Positions 27,316 to 36,970 of a stretch of DNA of 64,000 nt are shown here, one piece after another. A model generated the notes under the pieces. That model did not search any database. It saw only the letters and a list, made by a program, of their open reading frames with translations, and was not told the origin of the DNA. Position 1 is the first letter of the stretch; each line of letters opens with the position of its first letter. The stretch is from Caulobacter sp. (GTDB lineage Bacteria > Pseudomonadota > Alphaproteobacteria > Caulobacterales > Caulobacteraceae). The stretch covers positions 18,409-82,408 of the forward strand of contig JAIOXZ010000012.1 of assembly GCA_021741355.1 (NCBI GenBank), given 5' to 3'. A program made the position numbers and the translations under genes.

Positions 27316-28718
27316 CAGCCGACGCCGAACAGCGTCTTCAGGTACGGATTGAGCAGCCGGCCGTCCGGGTCCAGCTCGCGGCGGATCTCGAGGAAGTCGT
27401 TCCAGCGCGGATAGAGGGCGGCGAGGTCCGGGCCCTTGAGCGAATGCAGCTTGCCCCAGTGGGGCCGGCCGCCGTGGCGGCGGAAGATCGGCTCGATCAG
27501 CTCGAAGAAGAACTGGTAGTCGTCGCGATAGTAGGCGTGGACGGCCACCGACCCGCGCGGCTCGCCCTGGAACGGCGACAGCCAGGCGTCGTCCGGCGCG
27601 ATGCGGCGGACCTCGATCGGGAAAAAGACGTCGGGACGGTGCTTCTCGATCGTCTCGACCACCTCTTTCAGCGCCGCCAGCTGGGTCTCGTGCGGCAGGT
27701 GGTATTCCATCTCGTTGAACCGGACCGGGCGTTCGGTTGAGAGCAGCTTCCAGCCCTCATCGACCGCCGTCTCGGGCTTTGTCCCGCCGAGCAGCGCCTT
27801 CGCGGCGGCCTTGCGCAGACCGGTCGAGAAGCCGAGCAGGTTGCGCAGGCCCTTCAGCGCATCGAGGAAGGCGTCGTCCTGACTGGACTCGCGCACCGTC
27901 GCCGGCTCGTCCGTCTCGTCATGAGAGATGTTGGCCGCGAGCCCGGTGAAGGGCACGGCGTAGAACTCGAAGTTACGGTGGTCCGCCCAGCGCTCCTCGG
28001 CCTTCGCCATCGCCTCCTCGAACGGCTCCAGCCACACCCGGCGGCGGAGGCGGCGGTTGGCCGTCGTCGACAGGCGCGCCTTCGAGATGATCCCCAGCGC
28101 GCCCAGGGACACCCTGGCGGCGCTGAACAGCTCCGGACGGGTCGTTGCGTCGCAATCCAGCACCGCGCCACCGGCAGTGACCAGGGTCAGGGCCGTCACG
28201 TCGCCGTGGATCGCCTTCAGCGTGCTGCCGGTGCCGTGGGTCGCGGTGCCGAGCGCGCCGCCGAGCGACTGTTTGTTGATGTCGGGCAGGTTGGCCATCG
28301 CCCGGCCCTTCGCGGCGAGCGCCGGGCCGAGCGCGCCGAGCCGGGTGCCGGCACGGACCGTGGCCTCGTCACCATCCCAGCCGACGACGCCGCTCATGGC
28401 GTCGAGCGAGACCAGTGTCCCGTCGGTGGCGCAGAGGCCGGTAAAGCTGTGGCCGGCTCCGGTGACGCGCACCGGCGCCGCGCCGGCCTTGAGCAGCGCG
28501 GACAGTTCCGTCTCGTCCTTCGGCGCGCTGCGCTGGGCCGGATAGCTGTGCTGGATGCCTGACCAGTTGCGCCAGACCGTGTGGCCCTTGCCGTCGGTCG
28601 AGGGCGGCGCGGGTGGTTCGGGCTTTTCCCGGTTGGCCCCACCGATGGCGACCGCGCCGCCTCCGATGACCGCGGTCGCCGCCCCGCCCGCGATCAGCGC
28701 TCGCCGCCTCGAGATCAT
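27315..28718 (-). CDS. Tat-exported FAD-linked oxidase (ALO/GULO family; SphC-like)
   Basis: SRRRALI Tat motif, WRNWSG, GAGHSF, THGTG, RPHWGK. Confidence 0.88.
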   Translation of the reverse strand: MISRRRALIAGGAATAVIGGGAVAIGGANREKPEPPAPPSTDGKGHTVWRNWSGIQHSYPAQRSAPKDETELSALLKAGAAPVRVTGAGHSFTGLCATDGTLVSLDAMSGVVGWDGDEATVRAGTRLGALGPALAAKGRAMANLPDINKQSLGGALGTATHGTGSTLKAIHGDVTALTLVTAGGAVLDCDATTRPELFSAARVSLGALGIISKARLSTTANRRLRRRVWLEPFEEAMAKAEERWADHRNFEFYAVPFTGLAANISHDETDEPATVRESSQDDAFLDALKGLRNLLGFSTGLRKAAAKALLGGTKPETAVDEGWKLLSTERPVRFNEMEYHLPHETQLAALKEVVETIEKHRPDVFFPIEVRRIAPDDAWLSPFQGEPRGSVAVHAYYRDDYQFFFELIEPIFRRHGGRPHWGKLHSLKGPDLAALYPRWNDFLEIRRELDPDGRLLNPYLKTLFGVG

Positions 28719-28731
28719 GTCGTCCCCCGAC

Positions 28732-29214
28732 CTAGCCGGCCGACTCTTCGTGGTCCGCCATGAAGCGTATGAGAGCCTCCAGATCGGCCGGGGTGCAAGT
28801 CGCACACTGCCCGCCGGCCGGCATGGCGTTGAATCCGAGGATGGTGTGGTCAACGAGCACCGGCATGCCCTGCTTCAGGCGCGGCGCCCAGGCGGCGGCG
28901 TCATGCACCATCGGCGCGCCGGACTCGGGTATGGCGTGGCAGGCCTTGCAGGAGGTGTCGTATAGCCCGGCAAGACGCGCGTCGGCAGGCTTCAGGAGGG
29001 CGGCCTGCTCCGGCGTGGGGGCGGGTTTGGGTGCGGGCGAGCAGGCGGCGAGTGTCGTTGCCAGCAGGGTCGCGCTGAGGGTGCGTGCGTGGTTCGAGAC
29101 GCGGCCTGACGGCCGCTCCTCACCATGACGAGCGGTTCTGCCATCCGACCATCTCGTCATCCTGAGGAGCGCGAAGCGCGTCTCGAAGGACGCACGAAGC
29201 CCATGCAATCCCAT
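28732..29214 (-). CDS. lipoprotein cytochrome c5 (SphB-like), with a palindrome inserted in-frame at the N-terminus
   Basis: LAAC lipobox, CKACH heme motif, MPAGGQCATC; GGAGG 7 nt before ATG 29214; no ATG/GTG/TTG between the repeat and the lipobox. Confidence 0.85.
   Translation of the reverse strand: MGLHGLRASFETRFALLRMTRWSDGRTARHGEERPSGRVSNHARTLSATLLATTLAACSPAPKPAPTPEQAALLKPADARLAGLYDTSCKACHAIPESGAPMVHDAAAWAPRLKQGMPVLVDHTILGFNAMPAGGQCATCTPADLEALIRFMADHEESAG
29084..29196. repeat. 113-bp bipartite palindromic element inside a CDS
   Basis: Arms of 49 and 44 nt in inverted orientation (CGTCATCCTGAGGAGCGCGAAGCGCGTCTCGAAGGACGCACG type); 20-nt spacer. Confidence 0.88.
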
Positions 29215-29216
29215 CC

Positions 29217-30113
29217 CTAGCCCTCCAGGCCGTGCAGCCGCCGTGCGGCCGTCAGGGTGTTCTGCAGCAGGCAGGCGATGGTCATCGGCCCGACCCCGCC
29301 CGGCACCGGCGTGATCCAGCCGGCGACCGCTTTCGCCTCGTCGAACGCCACGTCGCCGACCAGACGGGTCTTGCCCTCGGCGGCGCGAACCGGGTCGCGG
29401 GACGGAAAGCGGGTGATGCCGACATCGATCACGGCCGCGCCCGGCTTGATCCAGTCGCCCCGGACCATCTCGGCGCGTCCGACCGCGGCCACAAGGATAT
29501 CGGCCTGCCGGCAGATGCCGGGCAGGTCGCGACTGCGGCTGTGGGCGATCGTTACGGTGCAGTCCGCAGCCAGCAGGAGCTGGGCCATCGGCTTGCCCAT
29601 CAGGTTCGAGCGACCGATCACCACAGCGTTCAGCCCTCGCAAGTCGCCCAGCGCGTCCTTGAGCAGCATCATACAGCCGACCGGCGTGCAGGAGGTCAGG
29701 GCCGGCAGGCCGCTGGCCAGCCGGCCGGCGTTGGTCACGGTCAGGCCGTCGACATCCTTGTCCGGCGAGATGGCGGCGACGATTCGGGCCTGGCTGAGAT
29801 GATCGGGGACCGGGAACTGGACCAGCAGGCCGTGGATCGCCGGGTCGGCGTTCAGCCGGCCGACCAGCGCCAGCAGATCGGCCTCGCTGACATCGCCCGG
29901 CAGCTTGTGGGTTTCCGAATACATGCCGGCGGCTTCGGTCTGGACGCCCTTGTTGCGCACATAGACCTCGCTGGCCGGGTCTTCGCCGACCAGAACCACC
30001 GCCAGGCCGGGCGTGACTCCATGATCGGCCTTCAGCGCAGCGACCTCTGCAGCCACCTGCGCCCGAAGTCGTTCAGAGAACGCCTTGCCGTCGATGATCG
30101 TCGCATGCGTCAT
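29217..30113 (-). CDS. folD: methylenetetrahydrofolate dehydrogenase/cyclohydrolase
   Basis: YVRNK, KDVDG, PCTP-like [26 protein letters not shown]. Confidence 0.97.
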   Translation of the reverse strand: MTHATIIDGKAFSERLRAQVAAEVAALKADHGVTPGLAVVLVGEDPASEVYVRNKGVQTEAAGMYSETHKLPGDVSEADLLALVGRLNADPAIHGLLVQFPVPDHLSQARIVAAISPDKDVDGLTVTNAGRLASGLPALTSCTPVGCMMLLKDALGDLRGLNAVVIGRSNLMGKPMAQLLLAADCTVTIAHSRSRDLPGICRQADILVAAVGRAEMVRGDWIKPGAAVIDVGITRFPSRDPVRAAEGKTRLVGDVAFDEAKAVAGWITPVPGGVGPMTIACLLQNTLTAARRLHGLEG

Positions 30114-30182
30114 GCGAAACTGCCTCCCGCAACCTGGGTGGCCCCTACCCGTTCACTGCCCGCCGCGCAATCAGGACCCGCC

Positions 30183-30677
30183 ATGGACATCAACCGCCTC
30201 TTCACCCGCTTTGCAAACCAGGTCTCGAAATGGGCGGGGCGGCCCTTCTCGTTCGCCCTCTGTGTCGCCGGCGTGGTGGCCTGGGCATTGACCGGGCCGG
30301 CCTTCAACTATTCCTCGAACTGGCAGCTGGTGATCAACACCTCGACGACCATCATCACCTTCCTGATGGTGTTCCTGATCCAGAACACCCAGAACCGCGA
30401 CAACGCCGCCCTGCACGCCAAGCTGGACGAGCTGATCCGGGTCGGCGATTCCGACAACAGGTTCATCGGCATCGAGCATCTGACCGATCAGGAGCTGGAG
30501 GTGATCCTGGCGGAGTGCGAGCGCGCCGCGAAGGACCTGCACCAGGAACTGCACAACGAGCGGCGCAAAGCCGCCGCGGCCGGGACGGCCAAGGACGATG
30601 ACGCGCCCGGCCATCCCATGCCTGCCAGCGGAAAGCCTCCGGCGCGCAAGCGCGCGACGAAGCGCAAGCCCGCCTAG
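30183..30677 (+). CDS. low-affinity iron permease family (Fet4-like) protein
   Basis: WQLVINTSTTIITFLMVFLIQNTQNRD...KLDELI. Confidence 0.88.
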   Translation: MDINRLFTRFANQVSKWAGRPFSFALCVAGVVAWALTGPAFNYSSNWQLVINTSTTIITFLMVFLIQNTQNRDNAALHAKLDELIRVGDSDNRFIGIEHLTDQELEVILAECERAAKDLHQELHNERRKAAAAGTAKDDDAPGHPMPASGKPPARKRATKRKPA

Positions 30678-30708
30678 CCTTCGGGCGGGGGCGTGCTATC
30701 TGCGGGGG

Positions 30709-31890
30709 ATGGCCTCGACCTCCGCAACCTGTGCCGACGTCGTCCTGGTGGGCGGCGGGCTGGCCAACGGACTGATCGCCCTGCGCCTCAAGGCGCTGCG
30801 GCCGGCGCTCAAGGTCATCATCGTCGAGCATGGCGAAACCCTGGGCGGGCGGCACACCTGGAGCCATTTCGCGACGGACGTCAGTGCAGCGATCAGCACC
30901 TGGCTCGACCCGCTGATCGTGCACCGCTGGGAGGGCTATGACGTCCGCTTTCCGGCCCACCGCCGGACGCTGACGACGCCCTATCGCTCGGTGACCTCCG
31001 ACCGCTTCCACGAGGTCGTTCATGCGGCGCTCGGCGACGACGCCTGGACCGGTGTCGCCGTGACGGACGTGCGGCCCGATCGCGTGGTGCTGGAAGACCA
31101 GCGGGTGATTGAGGCCCGCTGCGTGATCGACGGCCGCGGGCCGCGCCCCAACTGGGACCTCGTGCTGGGATGGCAGAAGTTCGTCGGGCTGGAGGTGGAG
31201 CTCGCGGCGCCACACGGCCTGTCCCGCCCGATCATCATGGACGCCACGGTCGACCAGCTCGACGGCTACCGGTTCCTCTACGCCCTGCCCTTTTCACCGA
31301 CCCGGCTGCTGATCGAAGACACCCGCTACGCCGACGGCCACGATCTCGACCGCGAGACGCTGCGGCGGGACATAGAGGCCTACGCCGCCGCCCAGGGCTG
31401 GACCATCAAGTCCGTCGTGCGCGAGGAGATCGGGGTGCTGCCCATCGCCCTGGCCGGCGACATCGACGCCTACTGGCGGGCCTCCGATCTGCCAGAAGTC
31501 GGGCTGCGCGCCGCCCTGTTCCAGCCGATCACCGGCTATTCGCTGCCGGACGCCGCGCGACTGGCGGACGAGATCGCAGACTTGCCGGACCTGACCACGG
31601 CGACAGCGCGGGCCTGCGTCGAGGCGCGCTCGAAGCAGCGCTGGGCGGAGCGCGCCTACTACCGGCTGCTCAACCGAATGCTGTTCAAGGCCGCGCAGCC
31701 TGGTCGCCGCTATGTCGTGCTGGAGCGGTTCTACCGCCTGTCGCAGGGGCTGGTGGAGCGGTTCTACGCCGGGCGGATCACGCTGGCCGACAAGGCCCGC
31801 ATCCTGATAGGCAAGCCACCGGTGCCCGTCGCGGCTGCCCTGGCGGTGCTGTCCGAACGATCGGTAATTCCTGGGGACGCAGACACATGA
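30709..31890 (+). CDS. crtY: lycopene beta-cyclase
   Basis: VGGGLANGL, HTWS, QKFVG, MDATV.Q.DGYRF.Y, EDTRY, GYSLP. Confidence 0.95.
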   Translation: MASTSATCADVVLVGGGLANGLIALRLKALRPALKVIIVEHGETLGGRHTWSHFATDVSAAISTWLDPLIVHRWEGYDVRFPAHRRTLTTPYRSVTSDRFHEVVHAALGDDAWTGVAVTDVRPDRVVLEDQRVIEARCVIDGRGPRPNWDLVLGWQKFVGLEVELAAPHGLSRPIIMDATVDQLDGYRFLYALPFSPTRLLIEDTRYADGHDLDRETLRRDIEAYAAAQGWTIKSVVREEIGVLPIALAGDIDAYWRASDLPEVGLRAALFQPITGYSLPDAARLADEIADLPDLTTATARACVEARSKQRWAERAYYRLLNRMLFKAAQPGRRYVVLERFYRLSQGLVERFYAGRITLADKARILIGKPPVPVAAALAVLSERSVIPGDADT

Positions 31891-33374
31891 GCAAGCCGCG
31901 CGCGGCTGTTATCGGTTCCGGCTTCGGCGGCCTGGCCCTGGCCATCCGTCTGCAATCGGCCGGGATCGACGTCACGGTGTTCGAACGCCGCGACAAGCCG
32001 GGCGGCCGCGCCTACGTCTGGGAGGACGAGGGCTTCATCTTCGACGCGGGTCCCACGGTCATCACCGACCCGGACTGCCTGAAGGAGCTGTTCACGCTCA
32101 GCGGTCGCAAGATCGAGGACTATGTCGAGCTGCTGCCGGTCGACCCGTTCTATCGCCTCGTCTGGGAGGACGGCGACGTCTTCGACTACGTCAACGACCA
32201 GGACGAACTGGACCGTCAGATCGCCGCCCGCAACCCCGCCGATGTCGAGGGCTATCGCCGCTTCCACGCCTATTCCGAAGAGCTCTACCAGAAGGGCTAT
32301 GTCGAGCTCGGCGCCGTGCCGTTCCTCGACTTCGGCCGCATGATCGCCGCCGCGCCCGCGCTGATGAAGCTGCAGGCCTGGCGCAGCGTCTATGACAAGG
32401 TGGCGAGCTTCGTGAAGGACGAGCACGTTCGCCAGGCGCTGTCGTTCCACAGCCTGCTGGTGGGCGGCAGCCCGTTCGCCACCTCCTCCATCTATGCCCT
32501 GATCCATGCCCTGGAGCGGCGCGGCGGCGTGTGGTTCCCGCGCGGCGGAACCGGAGCGCTCATCCGGGCTCTGGTGAAGCTGTTCGAGGACCTCGGCGGC
32601 AGGATCGAGCTCGATGCGCCGATCTCGAAGATCACCACCGCCGGCGGCCGGGTGACCGGCGTCATTCGCCATGACGGCGAATTCGAAGCGTTCGACACCG
32701 TCGCCTCCAACGCCGACATCATGCACACCTACCGCGAGCTGCTGGTCGACGATCCGCGCGGCAAGGCGGCCAGCAAGGCGCTGGAGAAGAAGCGCTGGAG
32801 CCCCTCGCTGTTCGTCATCTACTTCGGGCTCAAGGCGGAACACCCGCAGATCCGGCACCACACCATCTGCTTCGGACCGCGCTATCGCGAGCTGATCGGG
32901 GACATCTACAACAAGGACACGCTGTCGGAGGACTTCTCCCTCTACCTGCACAATCCCTGCGCCACCGACCCCGGCATGGCGCCGCCCGGGGGCAGCGCCT
33001 TCTACGTGCTGTCAGTCGTGCCCAACCTGGAAACCGCCGACATCGACTGGGCGACGGAGGGTGAAGCCTATCGCGACAAGATCCTGAAATACCTCGAGGA
33101 TCGCTACATCCCCAACCTGGCGCGCGACCTCGTCACCTGCCGCATCTTCACGCCGGACGACTTCACAACAGAGCTGAACGCCTGGAACGGCGCGGCCTTC
33201 TCGCTGGAACCGATCCTCACCCAGAGCGCCTGGTTCCGCACCCACAATCGCGACGACAAGATCCCCAACCTCTACTTCGTCGGGGCCGGCACCCATCCGG
33301 GCGCGGGCATCCCGGGGGTCGTCGGGTCGGCCAAGGCGACCGCGGCGCTGATGATCCCGGACCTCACGCCGTGA
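31887..33374 (+). CDS. crtI: phytoene desaturase
   Basis: IGSGFGGLA, FDAGPTVIT, YFVGAGTHPGAGIPGVVGSAKATA. Confidence 0.96.
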   Translation: MSKPRAAVIGSGFGGLALAIRLQSAGIDVTVFERRDKPGGRAYVWEDEGFIFDAGPTVITDPDCLKELFTLSGRKIEDYVELLPVDPFYRLVWEDGDVFDYVNDQDELDRQIAARNPADVEGYRRFHAYSEELYQKGYVELGAVPFLDFGRMIAAAPALMKLQAWRSVYDKVASFVKDEHVRQALSFHSLLVGGSPFATSSIYALIHALERRGGVWFPRGGTGALIRALVKLFEDLGGRIELDAPISKITTAGGRVTGVIRHDGEFEAFDTVASNADIMHTYRELLVDDPRGKAASKALEKKRWSPSLFVIYFGLKAEHPQIRHHTICFGPRYRELIGDIYNKDTLSEDFSLYLHNPCATDPGMAPPGGSAFYVLSVVPNLETADIDWATEGEAYRDKILKYLEDRYIPNLARDLVTCRIFTPDDFTTELNAWNGAAFSLEPILTQSAWFRTHNRDDKIPNLYFVGAGTHPGAGIPGVVGSAKATAALMIPDLTP

Positions 33375-34324
33375 GCGAGGCGCTTCCCGGACCGGACCTG
33401 GTTCAGGCCAGCCGCGAGACCATCCAGAAGGGCTCGCAGAGCTTCGCCGCGGCCGCCGCGCTTTTCGATCCGCAGACCCGCGCCGACGCGGAGATGCTCT
33501 ACGCCTGGTGCCGGCATTGCGATGACGTCATCGACGGACAGACGCTCGGCCATGACCGCGAGGCGCTCGACCCGGCCGAGGTCGAGGAGCGGCTCGTCGG
33601 CCTCTACGCCCAGACCCGCGCGGCGCTGGCGGGCCATCCGACCGACGATCCCGCCTTCGCCGCCTTCCGCGAGGTGGCGGCCCGGCGCGACCTGCCCGAG
33701 CGCTATCCGATCGAGCTGATCGACGGCTTCGCCATGGACGTCGCGGGGCGTCGCTACGAGACGATCGAGGACACGCTCGACTACTGCTGGCACGTTGCCG
33801 GCGTCGTCGGGGTGATGATGGCCATCGTCATGGGCGTGCGGCCCGACGACCTGCAGACCCTGCGCCGGGCGCAGGATCTGGGCCTGGCCTTCCAGCTGAC
33901 CAATATCGCCCGCGACATCGTCGAGGACGCGCAGAACGACCGCATCTACCTGCCCGCCGACTGGCTGGCGGCGGCGAGCGTGCCGGAGGACGCGGTGGCC
34001 GCGCCGGAGCACCGCGCGGCCGTCGCCGGCCTCGCCAGGCGTCTGGTCGAGGCGGCCGAGCCCTACTACGCCTCCGCCCGCTGGGGCCTGCGCGGCTTGC
34101 CCTTCCGCTCGGCCTGGGCCGTGGCGGCGGCGCGGGGCGTCTATCGCGAGATCGGGGTCAAGGTGGTGGCGCGCGGCGCGAAGGCCTGGGACGAGCGGGT
34201 GTCGACCTCGACCGCGGAGAAGCTCGGCCTGGCCCTCGGCGGCGGCCTGATGGCCCTGCGCGGCGCGACGCTGGATCGCTGGCGCGCGCCGCCGGCGCGG
34301 CCGGCGCTGTGGAGCAAGATCTAG
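33371..34324 (+). CDS. crtB: phytoene synthase
   Basis: KGSQSF, YAWCRHCDDVID, YCWHVAGVVG, AFQLTNIARDIVED. Confidence 0.96.
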   Translation: MSEALPGPDLVQASRETIQKGSQSFAAAAALFDPQTRADAEMLYAWCRHCDDVIDGQTLGHDREALDPAEVEERLVGLYAQTRAALAGHPTDDPAFAAFREVAARRDLPERYPIELIDGFAMDVAGRRYETIEDTLDYCWHVAGVVGVMMAIVMGVRPDDLQTLRRAQDLGLAFQLTNIARDIVEDAQNDRIYLPADWLAAASVPEDAVAAPEHRAAVAGLARRLVEAAEPYYASARWGLRGLPFRSAWAVAAARGVYREIGVKVVARGAKAWDERVSTSTAEKLGLALGGGLMALRGATLDRWRAPPARPALWSKI

Positions 34325-34836
34325 AGCGGCGCTTCTGTGCCGTCGGGCGCGACGGTGCGGAGGTCGACATTGCGCGCCTCCAGCTGGGCTTTCAGCTGGC
34401 GCACCGGCGGCGCCATCAGGAAGCCGAAGGAGACGCACCCATCCTTCGTGTGAACCGCATGGTGGAAGCGGTGGGCCTGGATCAGGCGCTTCCAGAACGC
34501 CGACTTGCCGCTCAGCGGCACAGGGTAGCGGCGATGCACCAGCCCGTCGTGGAACATGAAGTAGATCGCGCCATAGGCGGTGATCCCGAGCCCGACCGGC
34601 AGCATCCAGTCCAGCGTGGTGTTCACGCCCAGCCAGATCGCCACGATCGCCGGCGCGGCGAACACCACGGCGAACAGGTCATTGAGCTCGAACAGGCCCT
34701 CGCGCGGCTCGTGATGCGACTTGTGCCAGACCCACATGAAGCCATGCATGACGTACTTGTGCATGACGAAGGCGAAGCCTTCCATGAAGGCCAGCGCGCC
34801 CAGGAACAGGGCCAGGCTGATCGCAAACTGCAGCAT
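34321..34836 (-). CDS. crtZ: beta-carotene 3-hydroxylase
   Basis: His boxes HKYVMHG, HKSHH, HDGLVH, HRFHH; ELNDLF. Confidence 0.95.
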   Translation of the reverse strand: MLQFAISLALFLGALAFMEGFAFVMHKYVMHGFMWVWHKSHHEPREGLFELNDLFAVVFAAPAIVAIWLGVNTTLDWMLPVGLGITAYGAIYFMFHDGLVHRRYPVPLSGKSAFWKRLIQAHRFHHAVHTKDGCVSFGFLMAPPVRQLKAQLEARNVDLRTVAPDGTEAPL

Positions 34837-34844
34837 CGTAATCC

Positions 34845-36035
34845 TCAGCGGACGAGGCGCGTCGCCGCCTGGGCCAGCATGAGACCGAGCAGGCCGGTGA
34901 CCGTCAGCACCGCCCAGGCAGGATACACCGCCGAGAGGCCCGCGTCCCGCCAGAGGATCGACTGATAGGCCTCAATCGTCCAGGCGTGGGGCGTCGCCCA
35001 GCCGGCCATCTGCAGCCACGGCGGCATCAGGAAGCGGGGCACCATGCTGCCGCCGATCGCCGCCAGGATCAGGATGATGAAGGTCGACAGCATCTGGCCC
35101 TGGTCGCGCGTCTTGCAGAACGACACGATCGCCAGCGCCAGACCCGCCGCGCAGATCGACGCGGCCACGACCGTGACCAGCCACGGCCCCACATGTTGCA
35201 GGACCGGAACGCCGTAGATCAGCTGCGCCGTGGCGAAGATGGCGAGGGCCTGGACCATGCCCTGGGCGACCAGGAACAGGAACTTTCCGGTCACCACCGG
35301 GCCCATGCCGCGCGTGCCGGCGAGGATGCGGTCGGCCACGCCGCTGCGGCGTTCGTCGATCAGCGACAGGGCGCCGGTCATGGCCGAGAACAGCGCGAAC
35401 AGGATGCTGACCGCGCCAGCGTAGTAGGCGATCGTGCCGCCGCCCTTCTTGGCGCCGGCGATGTCTTCGCGGGCGAACAGGGTCGGGCCGGCCGGCTTTG
35501 TCTCGCCCTTGGCCAGAACGGCCCCGGCGGCGGTCGACACGGCGATCTGCCGCTGGCTGTAGCCGCCGACGGCCGGGGCGGTCTCCACCAGCGTTCGGGC
35601 CAGCAGGACGTCCGGCATCGCACGGGCCATCGTCTGCTGCACGCGCGCCATGGTCAGGGGCGCGGCGACCGCGCGGCTGGGGTCGGAGACGACGAGGATC
35701 GGGGCGCCGGGCGCGCCGGGGTCGCCGGCGATGATCACCCCGGCGTCGGCCTTGCCGGCCTTCACCAGGCGCCGGACCTCCGCGCCGGTGTCCGGGGTCG
35801 TGCGCTCGGCGCGGACATCGGGATCGCTGAGCAGGGCGGTGGCGAGGCGCTGCGAGGCGGGCGTGCGGGCATCGTCGGCGATGGCGAGCTTGAGCCTCAC
35901 GTCCTCGCCGGTGGCGCCGGCGAACACCGCCGAGAAGATCAGGAACACCAGCGGCGGCAACAGGAAGGTCATCACCAGCGCGCCGCGGTCCCGCCACAGC
36001 CCGAGCGCCATGACGCGGAACATGGCCAGGATCAT
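34845..36035 (-). CDS. ABC-2 type exporter permease
   Basis: One N-terminal TM, large extracytoplasmic loop, five C-terminal TMs; GGSMVPRFLMP, TPHAW. Confidence 0.9.
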   Translation of the reverse strand: MILAMFRVMALGLWRDRGALVMTFLLPPLVFLIFSAVFAGATGEDVRLKLAIADDARTPASQRLATALLSDPDVRAERTTPDTGAEVRRLVKAGKADAGVIIAGDPGAPGAPILVVSDPSRAVAAPLTMARVQQTMARAMPDVLLARTLVETAPAVGGYSQRQIAVSTAAGAVLAKGETKPAGPTLFAREDIAGAKKGGGTIAYYAGAVSILFALFSAMTGALSLIDERRSGVADRILAGTRGMGPVVTGKFLFLVAQGMVQALAIFATAQLIYGVPVLQHVGPWLVTVVAASICAAGLALAIVSFCKTRDQGQMLSTFIILILAAIGGSMVPRFLMPPWLQMAGWATPHAWTIEAYQSILWRDAGLSAVYPAWAVLTVTGLLGLMLAQAATRLVR

Positions 36036-36970
36036 GCGGCGCGCCTCCAGTCGGCGACGAGGCTGAACAGGTTCTGCAATGACGGCGGCCGCACGCGGAT
36101 CTCCCGCGGGATCATCCCCAGACTCCGCAGGCGCCGATCGAGCTGCGCCGCGGCGCTGTAGCCGCCTTCGTCGAGGCGGGCCCAGAGATTGCCCTTGCGC
36201 CGCTCCAGCCCTTCGGAGGCGAGGATGCTCTCGCCGTCCATGTCGGGTTCGACGTCCATCTGGACGAGGATTTCCATCTCCTGACCGAAGGCCTGCTCGA
36301 TCAGGGCGCGGGGCGAGCCCTCGAGGACTTTGCGGCCCTCCTTGAGGAATCCGACGCGGTCGGCCAGGGCGCCCGCCTGCTCCAGGTCGTGGGTGACGAT
36401 CAGCACGGACACGCCGGTGTCGCGCAGACCGCGGATCACTGTGTCGAGCGCCTCGCGCGCATCGACGTCCACGCCAACGGTCGGCTCGTCGAGGATCAGC
36501 AGTTGCGGCTGATGCAGGATCGCGGCGGCGATGTTGACCCGCCGGCGATAGCCGCCGGACAAGTGCTTCACCGGCACGTGCTCGCGGTCGGCGGTTCTGG
36601 TGAGTCGCAGCGCGCGGACTACCGCGTCTCCCAGCGCGCGCCGTGGAACGCCGGACAGCCGCCCGAAGACCTGCAGGTTTTCGCGCACGGTCATATGGTC
36701 ATAGAGCGCGATCTCCTGGGGCACGAGGCCGAGGCGCGCGCGCGCGAGCGGCGAGGTGAAGGGATCGTGGCCATCCAGCGCCACCTCGCCGGAGGTCAGC
36801 TTCAACCGGCCACAGATGGCGCCGACGAGGGTCGACTTGCCTGCGCCGTTTGGGCCCAGCAGGGCGTAGATCTCGCCGGGCCGCACGGCGAGGTCCACGC
36901 CGCGAAGCACCTTGCGGCTGCCGTACTGGTGCTCGGCGCCCCAGACGTTGAGGATCGGGCGGTCGGTCAA
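36032..36970 (-). CDS. ABC-2 type exporter ATP-binding protein
   Basis: GPNGAGKS, LSGGYRRR, ILDEPTVGVD; TTG start overlapping the crtE stop. Confidence 0.9.
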   Translation of the reverse strand: MTDRPILNVWGAEHQYGSRKVLRGVDLAVRPGEIYALLGPNGAGKSTLVGAICGRLKLTSGEVALDGHDPFTSPLARARLGLVPQEIALYDHMTVRENLQVFGRLSGVPRRALGDAVVRALRLTRTADREHVPVKHLSGGYRRRVNIAAAILHQPQLLILDEPTVGVDVDAREALDTVIRGLRDTGVSVLIVTHDLEQAGALADRVGFLKEGRKVLEGSPRALIEQAFGQEMEILVQMDVEPDMDGESILASEGLERRKGNLWARLDEGGYSAAAQLDRRLRSLGMIPREIRVRPPSLQNLFSLVADWRRAA

